From: Deinococcales bacterium
Lineage (GTDB): Bacteria > Deinococcota > Deinococci > Deinococcales > JAAFIG01
Reading direction: 5' to 3'
Assembly (NCBI GenBank): GCA_043778225.1
Contig: JAYWGM010000038.1
Coordinates: 1-28,479, forward strand
Length of the DNA: 28,479 bases
Shown here: positions 17,041 to 25,637 of the stretch, piece by piece
Numbering within the stretch: the stretch's first letter is position 1
How the letters are laid out: each line of letters starts with the position of its first letter
The notes under the pieces: model-generated
What the model was told of the DNA's origin: nothing
The model's input: the letters and a program-made list of their open reading frames with translations, nothing else
Databases searched by the model: none
Translations under genes and position numbers: made by a program

Positions 17041-18902
17041 AGAATTTTATAGCTCGAGAGAATCGCTTGGATGGTTGGGGTCAGGGCTGGTAAATCCTTG
17101 GTTTGGGCTTGAACCGCCACCAGATAAACACTTGAGCCTTTTTGAGTCACAAAAACCGCGAGGGTTTGGTTATTGGGCAGGGCATACAAAATCTGTGTCC
17201 AAGTCACGCCAGCTATGGCTGGCAGGATGGTGCTTTGGCTGGGTTTAAGGTTAAAGCTCGGGTCGAATTGCTTGATAAATCCAAAAGCAGTTTCCTCGAG
17301 TGTGGCTTTGGCTGGCAAAACACTAAATAGAAAACCCGCCTCGGGTGCATCGGACTGTACAACCGTAAAATTTGGCGTGGTTTGGACAATTTCTAGACCT
17401 GTGGGGAGTACGGTACTGAAACGATTGTCGGTCAGGGTTGTGGTTTTTGGCAGGCTCGAGCCTAAAGCATTTGGCACTTTGACACCAACCACGCCACCGT
17501 CTTGCACCAGCCAGACATACCCACTGGGGCTGATTTGAAACTCGAGCAGCAAAATAAAGCCTTCGATGTCAACAATGTATTGAGTTGCCGAAGCTGGTAT
17601 CAGTTGGAAAGTCTGCCCTTGTTGTGTCCCGAGCAGTTGACCGTTCTCGAGCCGCAATTTTATCGAGTCGCCAGTAATTAACGCATACGTTCCCTCGAGT
17701 TGCTTTAAGGTTTCGGGTTTTGCCACAAAGGACTTTGCTGCTTCTAAAATGGCTTGGGTCGCCAAGGCTGGAGACTGACTAAAATCTGTGCGTGGACGCA
17801 TTTTAAGGAGTTCTTCGGTCAGCATCAGGCGGGTGGTGCTTAAAAAAGCATTGGCATTATTGAGGTTAGTCAGCAGCACCATACCCCAGCCTTTTTGTGG
17901 CAACATCTGAATTTGGGCACTAAAGCCATTGATGTTTCCGCCATGTTCAACCATTTTGACCCCACGGTATTCTTCGTTAAACCAGCCCAAACCATAGCCA
18001 AGGGCGGTCATCCCAGCCAAGCCCCCCGAAAAAGCATCGCCAATCGCTATTTGTGACTGGTGCATCTGGGCTAATTCGCGTCGCGGCACAAGTTTTTGTC
18101 CTTTTGCCATTTGGGCAACAAGGTACTTTGCCATTTCCGAAGCACTCGAGTGAATCGAACCGGCGGGTGCAATCACTGGAAAACGGTCAAAGGCTGCCAT
18201 ATTTTTTACGCCCTGAATGCCAAGGCTATGTCCTGCCGCAAAATTTCCGTCCATCACTGCTTGGGTATAATCCAAGGTGGTGCGCTGCATCCCCAGTGGC
18301 TCGAGGATATTGGTTTTGGTGTAGGCTTCCCAGCTTTGCTTGGTTAGGGTCTCGAGAATCGCGGCGGCGGCTACATAATTTTGGTTGTTGTAGGCAAAGA
18401 CTTTGCCAGGAGTCGAGCTAAAAGGAATCTGGGCAATCGTCTCGAGCAACTTTGCGCGGGTATCAATGGTTTTGTCAAACGCCCAAGCATCAAAACGGTC
18501 TAAACCACTGGTCATGGACAATAACTGGCGCACCGTAACTTTTGCGCCCAGCGCCGCATCAGAAAATTTAAGATTTGGCAGATACGTTTGGATTGGCGCA
18601 TCGAGCTTGATTTTGTCGGCGGCGACAAGTTGCATCATGCCAAGGCTGGTAAAGGATTTACTGACCGAGCCAATCGCAAAAAGCGTATCGGCATTGACAG
18701 GTGTATTGGTTTTGGTGTCGCGCACGCCATAGCCTTTGGCATAAACAACTTGACCATCTTTGACCAGTGCCAAAGCCATACCCGGCACAGCATAGCGCTG
18801 CATTTGCTGGGTAACGAGCGAATCAATTTCAGTGGTATTTTGCGCCGATGCCATCGGCATCAAAGCCGAAAATAAAAACAGGGTTGCTACAATTTTTTTC
18901 AT
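17037..18902 (-). CDS. Serine hydrolase (class C beta-lactamase/AmpH-like) with DUF3471-like and additional C-terminal domains, secreted
   Basis: FAIGSVSKSF (SxxK), FAYNN (YxN), EHGGNINGF; signal peptide; GGAGG SD before ATG 18902. Confidence 0.9.
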   Translation of the reverse strand: MKKIVATLFLFSALMPMASAQNTTEIDSLVTQQMQRYAVPGMALALVKDGQVVYAKGYGVRDTKTNTPVNADTLFAIGSVSKSFTSLGMMQLVAADKIKLDAPIQTYLPNLKFSDAALGAKVTVRQLLSMTSGLDRFDAWAFDKTIDTRAKLLETIAQIPFSSTPGKVFAYNNQNYVAAAAILETLTKQSWEAYTKTNILEPLGMQRTTLDYTQAVMDGNFAAGHSLGIQGVKNMAAFDRFPVIAPAGSIHSSASEMAKYLVAQMAKGQKLVPRRELAQMHQSQIAIGDAFSGGLAGMTALGYGLGWFNEEYRGVKMVEHGGNINGFSAQIQMLPQKGWGMVLLTNLNNANAFLSTTRLMLTEELLKMRPRTDFSQSPALATQAILEAAKSFVAKPETLKQLEGTYALITGDSIKLRLENGQLLGTQQGQTFQLIPASATQYIVDIEGFILLLEFQISPSGYVWLVQDGGVVGVKVPNALGSSLPKTTTLTDNRFSTVLPTGLEIVQTTPNFTVVQSDAPEAGFLFSVLPAKATLEETAFGFIKQFDPSFNLKPSQSTILPAIAGVTWTQILYALPNNQTLAVFVTQKGSSVYLVAVQAQTKDLPALTPTIQAILSSYKIL

Positions 18903-18964
18903 GATGTCCTCCAAGAACTTGCTCGAGTCTACGGCACGCTTAGCAATCCGTCATCCGTCCAAAG

Positions 18965-19918
18965 TTAGAGCAGCTTCTCAAAGCGCAACCTCGAGTGGTG
19001 GCGCACAAAACCCATGCTTTTATTCATCTCGAGCATGGCAGTATTCACATGGTCATTCATGGTGCGAATCTCGAGTCCGGTGGTCAGCACATGGCGTATT
19101 CCCTCGAGTTTTAAGGCTTTAGCAATACCCAGACCACGGAATTCTTTTTTGACCCCAGTCATGCCGATATAAAAATGGTCTTGTTGCTGACCGAGGCTCG
19201 AGAAAGCAAGCCATTGGTTGTTTTTTGTGGCAATCCAAATCGTTTCGGGGTTATTTTCGGGGTCTTCAAGAAAGTTTTTTTGCCACAATTCAAACGGTTC
19301 TGGGGTGACAGCCTGTCCAAATGGAATATCGAGAATCAACTCGAGGTCAAGCTCATAGAGTTGTTGCACACGGGTGTTGTCTGGGAAACTCGAGAATTTT
19401 TGGATGTGTATACCAGCCTGTTCTAAACTCGAGCCAAGCGCCATATACTGACTAAAATCCACACTTTTGGGGTCAAGCCGCGATTCAATCCGTTCCCACA
19501 CTTGGGCAAAACCGTATTTCTCGAGTAAATGTAAAGCGCCCAATTCAAAGTCGTTGCACATCGTTTGCAATTTATGGGCATCACCCAATTCAGCCAGATG
19601 ATTTTCGGCGGTGGTGTACAAAGCCGAACCAATACCACACGACCGATATTGTTTTAAGACATTGATGCGAAGAAAGTATTTACCAAGCTCAAACGAAAAA
19701 TCATCGTGGGCAACCTCGAGCATTCCAACAATTATTTTTGTATCGTTCTCGAGAATTTCTGCCACAAAGCGCTGCGAATGATACTTTGGGTCTCGGTTGC
19801 GGTCATGGCGCATCAAATCTTCGATGCTTATCTGCCAATCTTCGGTGCTGCTCTGCACCTTGGCAAGACTGGAATAATCAGACGGATAGCTGGCGCGGCG
19901 AATCTCGAGGTTGGTCAT
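18965..19918 (-). CDS. Tandem GNAT family N-acetyltransferase
   Basis: Two acetyl-CoA motifs, VLKQYRSCGIGSAL and TGVKKEFRGLGIAKALK, plus NTAMLEMNKSMGF. Confidence 0.92.
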   Translation of the reverse strand: MTNLEIRRASYPSDYSSLAKVQSSTEDWQISIEDLMRHDRNRDPKYHSQRFVAEILENDTKIIVGMLEVAHDDFSFELGKYFLRINVLKQYRSCGIGSALYTTAENHLAELGDAHKLQTMCNDFELGALHLLEKYGFAQVWERIESRLDPKSVDFSQYMALGSSLEQAGIHIQKFSSFPDNTRVQQLYELDLELILDIPFGQAVTPEPFELWQKNFLEDPENNPETIWIATKNNQWLAFSSLGQQQDHFYIGMTGVKKEFRGLGIAKALKLEGIRHVLTTGLEIRTMNDHVNTAMLEMNKSMGFVRHHSRLRFEKLL

Positions 19919-19961
19919 GTGAAAAGTATTACGCTTGGCTCGGATTTTATCAATATGCCTT

Positions 19962-19990
19962 TTGACGCATTGGCTGCAAAACGGTAAACT
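19962..19990 (+). promoter_or_regulatory. Sigma70-type promoter upstream of malZ
   Basis: TTGACG (19962-19967), 17 nt spacer, TAAACT (19985-19990). Confidence 0.65.
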
Positions 19991-20070
19991 ACTCCTAAAT
20001 CTATAGGCAACGCTTGTCTTTTGGACACGACCTCAAGCAGGTGGTGTTCATTGTTTTTTTAAGGAGTTTT

Positions 20071-21912
20071 ATGAATTGGACTGATTACCTGTACCACGAC
20101 CACACCCCGTTTTATGTTTCCAAAGCCGAAGCCGAAATCGGCGATTCGGTGCGGATTCGCTTACGTGTGCCACTAAATGCCGAAATTCAAAAAATCGAAT
20201 TGGCAACTTTACGGATTGGTGAGTTATCCAAAAAAGCCATGACCCGCTCGAGCCACACCGATGCCAACTGGCTCTATTTTGAAGCCGAAATGGACTTGAC
20301 CGCCAAGCGCACGATCTATTTTTTTATGGTCTACGCTGCCGACCAAATGGTTAAATTCAGCGCCCGAGGAGTCCAACGGGTCAATCCAGCTTTCCGCGAT
20401 TGGTTTGTTTACCTCGCCGAGCATCACCGTCCAGATTGGCTCGAGGACAGGGTTTTTTATCAGATTTTCCCAGACCGTTTTTATAATGGCGACCCCCAAA
20501 ACAGCGTCAAAGAAGCCGAGTACGATTATATGGGGCGACCCGTGCAGCAAATGGCGTGGGATGTGCTGCCAAGTAAAGAAGTCGGACCCTTACAACACTG
20601 GGGCGGCGACCTCGAGGGGATTCGCCAAAAACTGCCCTACCTGACCGATTTAGGGGTCAATGGTTTGTACCTCAATCCGATTTTTACTTCGCCCAGCAAC
20701 CATCGTTACGACACCACCAACTACCTCGAGATTGACCCACACTTGGGTGGTCAAGTGGCTTTTGAGGCGCTCTTAAAAGATGCCAAAGCATTGGGCTTTA
20801 AGGTCATTTTGGATGGCGTTTTTAACCACACTGGCGACCGCGCCCACGAATTCAAAAAGGCACTCGAGAACAAAGTCGAAAAAGAGATGTACACCTTTCG
20901 TGCCGATGGCACATACGAAGCTTTTTTTGGCGTTAAAACCCTGCCCAAGCTCGATTATGACAGCCATTTGGCATTTGAGCATTTTTTAGAAGGCACACAC
21001 GCACCCGTGCGCCATTGGATTCGGGCTGGGGCAGATGGCTGGCGCTTAGATGTGGCGCACATGATGGGCAAGTCCGGCACAGACCGTGGCAACCTCGAGA
21101 TTTTACGGCGCTTACGCAACGCAGCACGGCTCGAGAACCCCGAAGCCTGGATTTTTGGCGAGCGCTTTTGGGATGCCGAGCAGTATCTCCAAGGCGCATC
21201 CGACCCTTACGAACACGCTGGCGGCGGCGAGGACGGGGTGATGAACTACCATGGCTTTACCCTGCCAGTGCTGGACTGGTTGACTGGCACAGATTTATTT
21301 GGTCAGACCTTACTGCTCGAGACCCCAGAATTTCAGAGCATTCTCGAGGAAAGTTACCGTGTCATTCCGACCCCGATGCGTTTTTCGCACTATAATCTGC
21401 TTGGTTCGCACGATGTCCCACGGGCTTTAGAGCGCCTTGGCAACCTCGAAAAAATGAAAACAGCTTTTGCGATGCTGCTGACCTATCCCGGTATTCCGGG
21501 CATTTATTATGGCGACGAAATCGGGCTCAAAGGGGGCGACGACCCATTCTGCCGCGCTCCATTTCCATGGGATGAGAACAGCTGGAATACTGGCTTACGC
21601 GATTTTGTCAAAACCCTGATTCACGCCCGAAAAACCAGCCGTGCGCTCCAAGCTGGGGCGCTAAAATTCCTCGAGCATCGCTATGATGCCCTGACCTTTG
21701 CCCGCACCTATACCCACGCAGACGGACGCATCGAGAGTGCCTTGATTGGTGTAAACCGAGGCACTGCCCAAGCCATGAACTTTAACACTGCTTTGGTTGG
21801 GGTTTTTGAAGGCTCATGGCAAGATGCGATTACAGGCGAGATTTTCCATGCTCGAGATGGCATTTTGAAGGCAACCGTTTTTAGACCTCGGGTGCTATTG
21901 CCAATGCTGTAG
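20071..21912 (+). CDS. malZ: GH13 alpha-amylase family, maltodextrin glucosidase-like
   Basis: VFYQIFPDRF, GGDLEGI, SNHRYDT, LDGVFNH, GWRLDVAHM, IFGERF, LLGSHD, YYGDEIG. AAGGAG SD before ATG 20071. Confidence 0.88.
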   Translation: MNWTDYLYHDHTPFYVSKAEAEIGDSVRIRLRVPLNAEIQKIELATLRIGELSKKAMTRSSHTDANWLYFEAEMDLTAKRTIYFFMVYAADQMVKFSARGVQRVNPAFRDWFVYLAEHHRPDWLEDRVFYQIFPDRFYNGDPQNSVKEAEYDYMGRPVQQMAWDVLPSKEVGPLQHWGGDLEGIRQKLPYLTDLGVNGLYLNPIFTSPSNHRYDTTNYLEIDPHLGGQVAFEALLKDAKALGFKVILDGVFNHTGDRAHEFKKALENKVEKEMYTFRADGTYEAFFGVKTLPKLDYDSHLAFEHFLEGTHAPVRHWIRAGADGWRLDVAHMMGKSGTDRGNLEILRRLRNAARLENPEAWIFGERFWDAEQYLQGASDPYEHAGGGEDGVMNYHGFTLPVLDWLTGTDLFGQTLLLETPEFQSILEESYRVIPTPMRFSHYNLLGSHDVPRALERLGNLEKMKTAFAMLLTYPGIPGIYYGDEIGLKGGDDPFCRAPFPWDENSWNTGLRDFVKTLIHARKTSRALQAGALKFLEHRYDALTFARTYTHADGRIESALIGVNRGTAQAMNFNTALVGVFEGSWQDAITGEIFHARDGILKATVFRPRVLLPML

Positions 21913-21949
21913 CTTGTATTTTGCCGATGCTGTAGCTTGTATTTTGCCG
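21904..21949. repeat. Perfect 23-bp tandem duplication spanning the malZ stop codon
   Basis: ATGCTGTAGCTTGTATTTTGCCG at 21904-21926 and again at 21927-21949. Confidence 0.95.
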
Positions 21950-21957
21950 CCAAAAAA

Positions 21958-22557
21958 TTATTGAAAACCAAGCACCTGCAAGGCTCGAGCCGATTTACTT
22001 AATGCACTTGGCTCGAGCCTCCCCATGGCTTGTAAGGTCAGTGCGACTTGTTGCAACTTGGTCTCGTCAGCAGTGGCAAGGGCTTCTAGCTCGAGTTCTT
22101 GAAAGGTTTCTAAAATTGTTTCACCGCGTTTAATTTGTACGCTGTCTAGGCAAAGTTCGCCAAGCTGCTCGAGGGCGTAGACTTGGCGAGTGGTATCAAA
22201 ACGGCAAATCACCACCAGTTGCTCGAGTGGTAAGCCACCCAATTGCTCAAGAATGCTCGGGTCGGTCAATTCGGTTATGGTTGTGGCTTCGCCTGCCGAA
22301 ACTTCGATTTCTTGTTTGGCGTGCCAACCATTTTGGATTTGGCTCTGACCTTTGTAGGTAAACACATGATTGCCATTGTCTATTCGCCGCAGCCGTAGAC
22401 TCGAGCCAGCCCGCCGCAAGGTTAAATCTGGGGTATCAAAATAGAGGTTGACTTGCTGCTCGATTCGCACAAATCTGAGGCTCACCCCAGCAATGCTGAC
22501 CACACCCTCGAGTTTTGGTGGAATGCCGGTTAGTTTGAGTTCTCGTTCGATTGCCAT
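21958..22557 (-). CDS. CYTH domain protein (triphosphate tunnel metalloenzyme)
   Basis: N-terminal IERELK (ExExK), YFDTPDLTL...LRLR, ELCLD, ELELE, SKSARAL. Confidence 0.92.
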   Translation of the reverse strand: MAIERELKLTGIPPKLEGVVSIAGVSLRFVRIEQQVNLYFDTPDLTLRRAGSSLRLRRIDNGNHVFTYKGQSQIQNGWHAKQEIEVSAGEATTITELTDPSILEQLGGLPLEQLVVICRFDTTRQVYALEQLGELCLDSVQIKRGETILETFQELELEALATADETKLQQVALTLQAMGRLEPSALSKSARALQVLGFQ

Positions 22558-22628
22558 GTGGTTACTTTACCCTAACCATGTTGATTTTGAATTCTTTGCT
22601 TCATTTCGAGTATCCTTAGGCTTATCCC

Positions 22629-23198
22629 ATGAACGAAACCGAATTGCTCCGCCCCAAAGTTGCCCTGCCAACCACGCCGCGCAACTTTGCCGAACTCGAG
22701 CGCTACTCGAGCATTAAACGCTTTTGGGATTTACTCGAGGGTTGCCATAAAAACGGGTTTAGCGTGGTTGTGCCAAAGCGCTCTGAACCCAGCCTCTGCC
22801 GCCGTGAAATTATGGGCATTACGCGGGAAAAAGCTGGTGGACTGCACAACGATGCTGCCTTAAAACTGGCACTCGAGGACGACGAAGAAATGGCACTCGA
22901 GGCGCTTAATTTAATCCCCGAAGCTCGGGAAGCGGTACAAAAATTACTCGAGGGTTACCGAGCGCCATTTGTTGAAATTCTAAGCAGTGCCTACCGACTC
23001 GAGTTTCGTGTTCAACTGGCTTTTACCGCTCGGCGTGAATTATTGCTACGCGCAAGTGCCGAATTTGTGCCGCTGCCCGACCTCGAGCCGCCGTTTCCGA
23101 TAAGCTGGAAACTCGAGCCGATACGCTGGCGGCGTGATGATTATAAGGTGTTGCTCGAGCGGGCGGCTTCTGGTAGCCTCGAGCGGGCAAATCACTAA
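22629..23198 (+). CDS. Hypothetical protein (189 aa)
   Basis: Clean ORF with normal composition and TAGGCT 6 nt before the ATG; no family recognised. Confidence 0.75.
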   Translation: MNETELLRPKVALPTTPRNFAELERYSSIKRFWDLLEGCHKNGFSVVVPKRSEPSLCRREIMGITREKAGGLHNDAALKLALEDDEEMALEALNLIPEAREAVQKLLEGYRAPFVEILSSAYRLEFRVQLAFTARRELLLRASAEFVPLPDLEPPFPISWKLEPIRWRRDDYKVLLERAASGSLERANH

Positions 23199-23333
23199 GT
23201 ATCTCCCGCCTGCATTTTAGATTTTTCACAAAACGGCAAATCTGTCATTACGGCGTGAGATACGTCACCCTTACTCCTGTTAGTCGGAAATGTTTTAGCA
23301 AAAAACTCTAAAACATTTCGGGGAGGTACTTAG
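23195..23333. mobile_element. Putative MITE-like or structured element bounded by 13-bp inverted repeats
   Basis: CTAAGTATCTCCC (23195-23207) and GGGAGGTACTTAG (23321-23333) match 12/13. Internal inverted repeats: GTATCTCCCGCC/GGCGTGAGATAC and GAAATGTTTTAG/CTAAAACATTTC. Confidence 0.5.
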
Positions 23334-23336
23334 AGA

Positions 23337-23370
23337 CAAAATAAAAAGCCCCACGCCAAAGCGTGAGGCT
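23337..23370 (-). terminator. Intrinsic terminator of the Gly-rich protein gene
   Basis: Minus strand reads AGCCTCACGC-TTTG-GCGTGGGGCT followed by TTTTATTTTG. Confidence 0.8.
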
Positions 23371-23384
23371 CGAGCCAAGCAGAT

Positions 23385-24197
23385 TTAGCCTTTCATTAAA
23401 GCGCCAAGTAAGCCAGTTAAAACACTGCCTGTGCTGACCGCTCCAGCGTCGCGCTGACCGTTTTGGTTGGTGACTTGTGCGCCTTGGGTGACTGCCCCAA
23501 GCAATGCGCCAAGCGGATTATTGGCTTGTTGTCCGCCGCCCATGACTCCGCCAAGCAGCCCTCCGAGCATTCCGCCTAAGCCAGTGTCTTGTTGAGCTTG
23601 TGGCTGTGGCTGCCCACCACCCAGTAAGCCGCCGAGCATTCCGCCTAAGCCGCCACCTTGCTGTTGTTGTTGGTTGCCACCGCCCAGTAAGCCACCCAGC
23701 ATTCCAACAATGTTTCCTGCGCCACCACCCATGAGCATTCCAGCAATTTTACCGATGTCTAAGCCGCCGCCAGCATTCCCACCACCGAGCATTCCAAGCA
23801 GCGGAGCAAGTGCGCCAAGTGGACCAGCCGCATTTGTGCCTCGAGTGTCGTGCTTGGCAAAGCCGTTGGTCAGCATTCCAATAATAGGACCAAGGTCGTT
23901 AGCGCTCAGTTGATTGCTGCGCCCAGCAAAAGCCTGTGCGCCTTCGGAAAAAGCATCGCCGTAGGCTTTGGCGGTAAAACCATTTGTACCCGCCGAACCT
24001 GTCATGGCTTGTGAAACTTGTCCAAAAACTTGCCCGAGGTCAGCACTTGGGTCGCTCGAGGCAGCCGCTTGAGCCGCTTTGAATTTCTCAAGCAGTTTTG
24101 TACCGTGTTGTGGGTTGCTTGGGTCAGCCTCGTTGATGTCGTTTTGGTCGTTTTGCAGTTGATTGACCACCGAGCCGAGCAGTTCGTTTAATGTCAT
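23385..24197 (-). CDS. Gly-rich hypothetical protein with a DhaL/DAK2-like helical domain
   Basis: GGAGG SD before ATG 24197; LGGMLGGLLGG repeats; flanking segments resemble DAK2 motifs (INEAD..QHGT, RDAGAVSTGSVLTGL). Confidence 0.7.
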   Translation of the reverse strand: MTLNELLGSVVNQLQNDQNDINEADPSNPQHGTKLLEKFKAAQAAASSDPSADLGQVFGQVSQAMTGSAGTNGFTAKAYGDAFSEGAQAFAGRSNQLSANDLGPIIGMLTNGFAKHDTRGTNAAGPLGALAPLLGMLGGGNAGGGLDIGKIAGMLMGGGAGNIVGMLGGLLGGGNQQQQQGGGLGGMLGGLLGGGQPQPQAQQDTGLGGMLGGLLGGVMGGGQQANNPLGALLGAVTQGAQVTNQNGQRDAGAVSTGSVLTGLLGALMKG

Positions 24198-24262
24198 ATG
24201 TTTTCCTCCAGATTGGTCTTGCCTCAAAAAGGTAGCACAAAGCGCCACAAGATTTCACTTAA

Positions 24263-24901
24263 CTAAAGAATGGGTGCAACAATTTGCAACTCCTCGAGGT
24301 GCGCCGTGTCGTTAAGGCGCTCGAGAATCCAGACCGCACCTGTAGGGGTCCAGTGGCGCTCGAGAACCGTAAGGCTGGCATGGGTAATCCGTAAACGCCA
24401 AATTCGTGGCGCTGCCAGTGGGTTGAGCTCGAGCAAACCACAGGTTAAAACTTGAATAAAACCGCCATGCGAAAACGCCAGAATCTCGCCGCTTTGGGGT
24501 AAATTCTCGAGCCAGTGCATGGCACGAGCCCGCAGACTGGCATAGCTCTCCCCTAAGGGCGCGGCGCAGTTTACGGGGTCTTTTATCCACGCATTAAATT
24601 CTGGGTGCTGGGCATTTTCGGTGTTTGTACCACCTTCAAAGACCCCAAAATTGAGTTCGCGCAAGCGAGCATCGGGGTGTGGTTCAAATCCCGATAAGCG
24701 GGCGGTGTCCAAGGCTCGGGTTAAATCGCTGGAATACACACGGTCAAAATGTTTTTCCTCGAGCCGCGTCCTAAGTTTCCAGGCTTGTTCTGCCCCCAAG
24801 TCGGACAAGGGGGTGTCTGACCAGCCCTGCCAACGTCCCTCGAGATTCCAGTCGGTCACGCCATGGCGCACCAAACAGATTTTGAGTGGCGCATGGTTCA
24901 T
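24263..24901 (-). CDS. Histidine phosphatase (phosphoglycerate mutase) family protein
   Basis: LVRHGVTDWN, YSSDLTRALDTA, LRELNFGVFEG, FSHGGFI, LNDTAHL. Confidence 0.95.
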   Translation of the reverse strand: MNHAPLKICLVRHGVTDWNLEGRWQGWSDTPLSDLGAEQAWKLRTRLEEKHFDRVYSSDLTRALDTARLSGFEPHPDARLRELNFGVFEGGTNTENAQHPEFNAWIKDPVNCAAPLGESYASLRARAMHWLENLPQSGEILAFSHGGFIQVLTCGLLELNPLAAPRIWRLRITHASLTVLERHWTPTGAVWILERLNDTAHLEELQIVAPIL

Positions 24902-25281
24902 GGCGCAACAGCCACGCGGGGTCTACCGTCTATGCCAATTGCCACAAAAGTAAAATAACCACTGGTCACCAAACTCGAGTCGTTGGGCATGGCTTTTAAG
25001 ACATCCACCCGAACCCGCATACTGGTGCGCCCGACCGATTCAACTTTTGAAATCACTTCAATCACTTCGCCCATTTTAATCGGAATCCTAAAATCCACTT
25101 TGTCCATACACGCTGTCACCACCGAGCCACCACTAAAACGCCCAGCCGCAAAACCCGCGACCTTATCCATAATCGAAACAATGTGTCCACCAAAAGCCGT
25201 ACCGTTTGGGTTGGTCTGATTTGGAAAAATTTGCTCCAAGCTTCTGCACTCCGAGTGGGCGTATCGTTCTTCTAAAGTCAT
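24898..25281 (-). CDS. Acyl-CoA thioesterase (hotdog fold, YciA-like)
   Basis: IFPNQTNPNGTAFGGHIVSIMD, VVTA, VGRTSM, FTFVAI. Start ATG 25281 follows GGGAG. Confidence 0.93.
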   Translation of the reverse strand: MTLEERYAHSECRSLEQIFPNQTNPNGTAFGGHIVSIMDKVAGFAAGRFSGGSVVTACMDKVDFRIPIKMGEVIEVISKVESVGRTSMRVRVDVLKAMPNDSSLVTSGYFTFVAIGIDGRPRVAVAP

Positions 25282-25283
25282 GA

Positions 25284-25637
25284 TTATTTCTCCCATCCTG
25301 CCAGTGCTTGGACAAACCCAGCAATTTCTTTGAGGTCTTTGGGGGGCATATCTGGATAGGCTGGCATTTTGGCTGCACCAAGGTCTTTACCCTCGAGAAT
25401 TCGCGTTTTGATGTAGCTTAAATCGCGCAAACGCGGGTTTTCGATCATTGACTTGCCGTAGCCACCAATGCCGCCATCATGGCAACGCATACAATTGTAC
25501 TGCTCGAACAAAGCTCGTCCCTCGGGGTGGGAAGCTGTGGCTTTTGCCAGCGCCTCGTTTTGCGGCGCACAGGCAATTAAAATGCTGGGAATCACAAGCG
25601 CCAATGCCAAAAGCGCTCGAGTAAAGGTTAGTTTCAC
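25284..25637 (-). CDS. c-type cytochrome, probable lipoprotein
   Basis: Heme motif CMRCH, axial Met in KMPAY, lipobox-like LIAC after a hydrophobic signal. Confidence 0.9.
   Translation of the reverse strand: MKLTFTRALLALALVIPSILIACAPQNEALAKATASHPEGRALFEQYNCMRCHDGGIGGYGKSMIENPRLRDLSYIKTRILEGKDLGAAKMPAYPDMPPKDLKEIAGFVQALAGWEK

Noticed and set aside
16865..17248. 127-aa plus-strand ORF
   Set aside because: It overlaps the serine hydrolase antisense by about 210 nt, with no motif or translation signal.
17037..18902. An antibiotic-resistance beta-lactamase
   Set aside because: SxxK/YxN/HGG with extra C-terminal domains is typical of the wider peptidase/esterase family; there is no evidence of resistance function.
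19991..20070. A known riboswitch class (fluoride, preQ1, SAM) in the malZ leader
   Set aside because: No conserved consensus bases recognised; kept only as an unclassified candidate.
21904..21949. 23-bp direct repeats as a mini-CRISPR
   Set aside because: The copies are adjacent with no spacer, and there are no cas genes.
23525..23800. Repeated CCGAGCATTCCGCCTAAGCC-like units as a non-coding repeat array
   Set aside because: They are the codons of the LGGMLGGLLGG peptide repeats.
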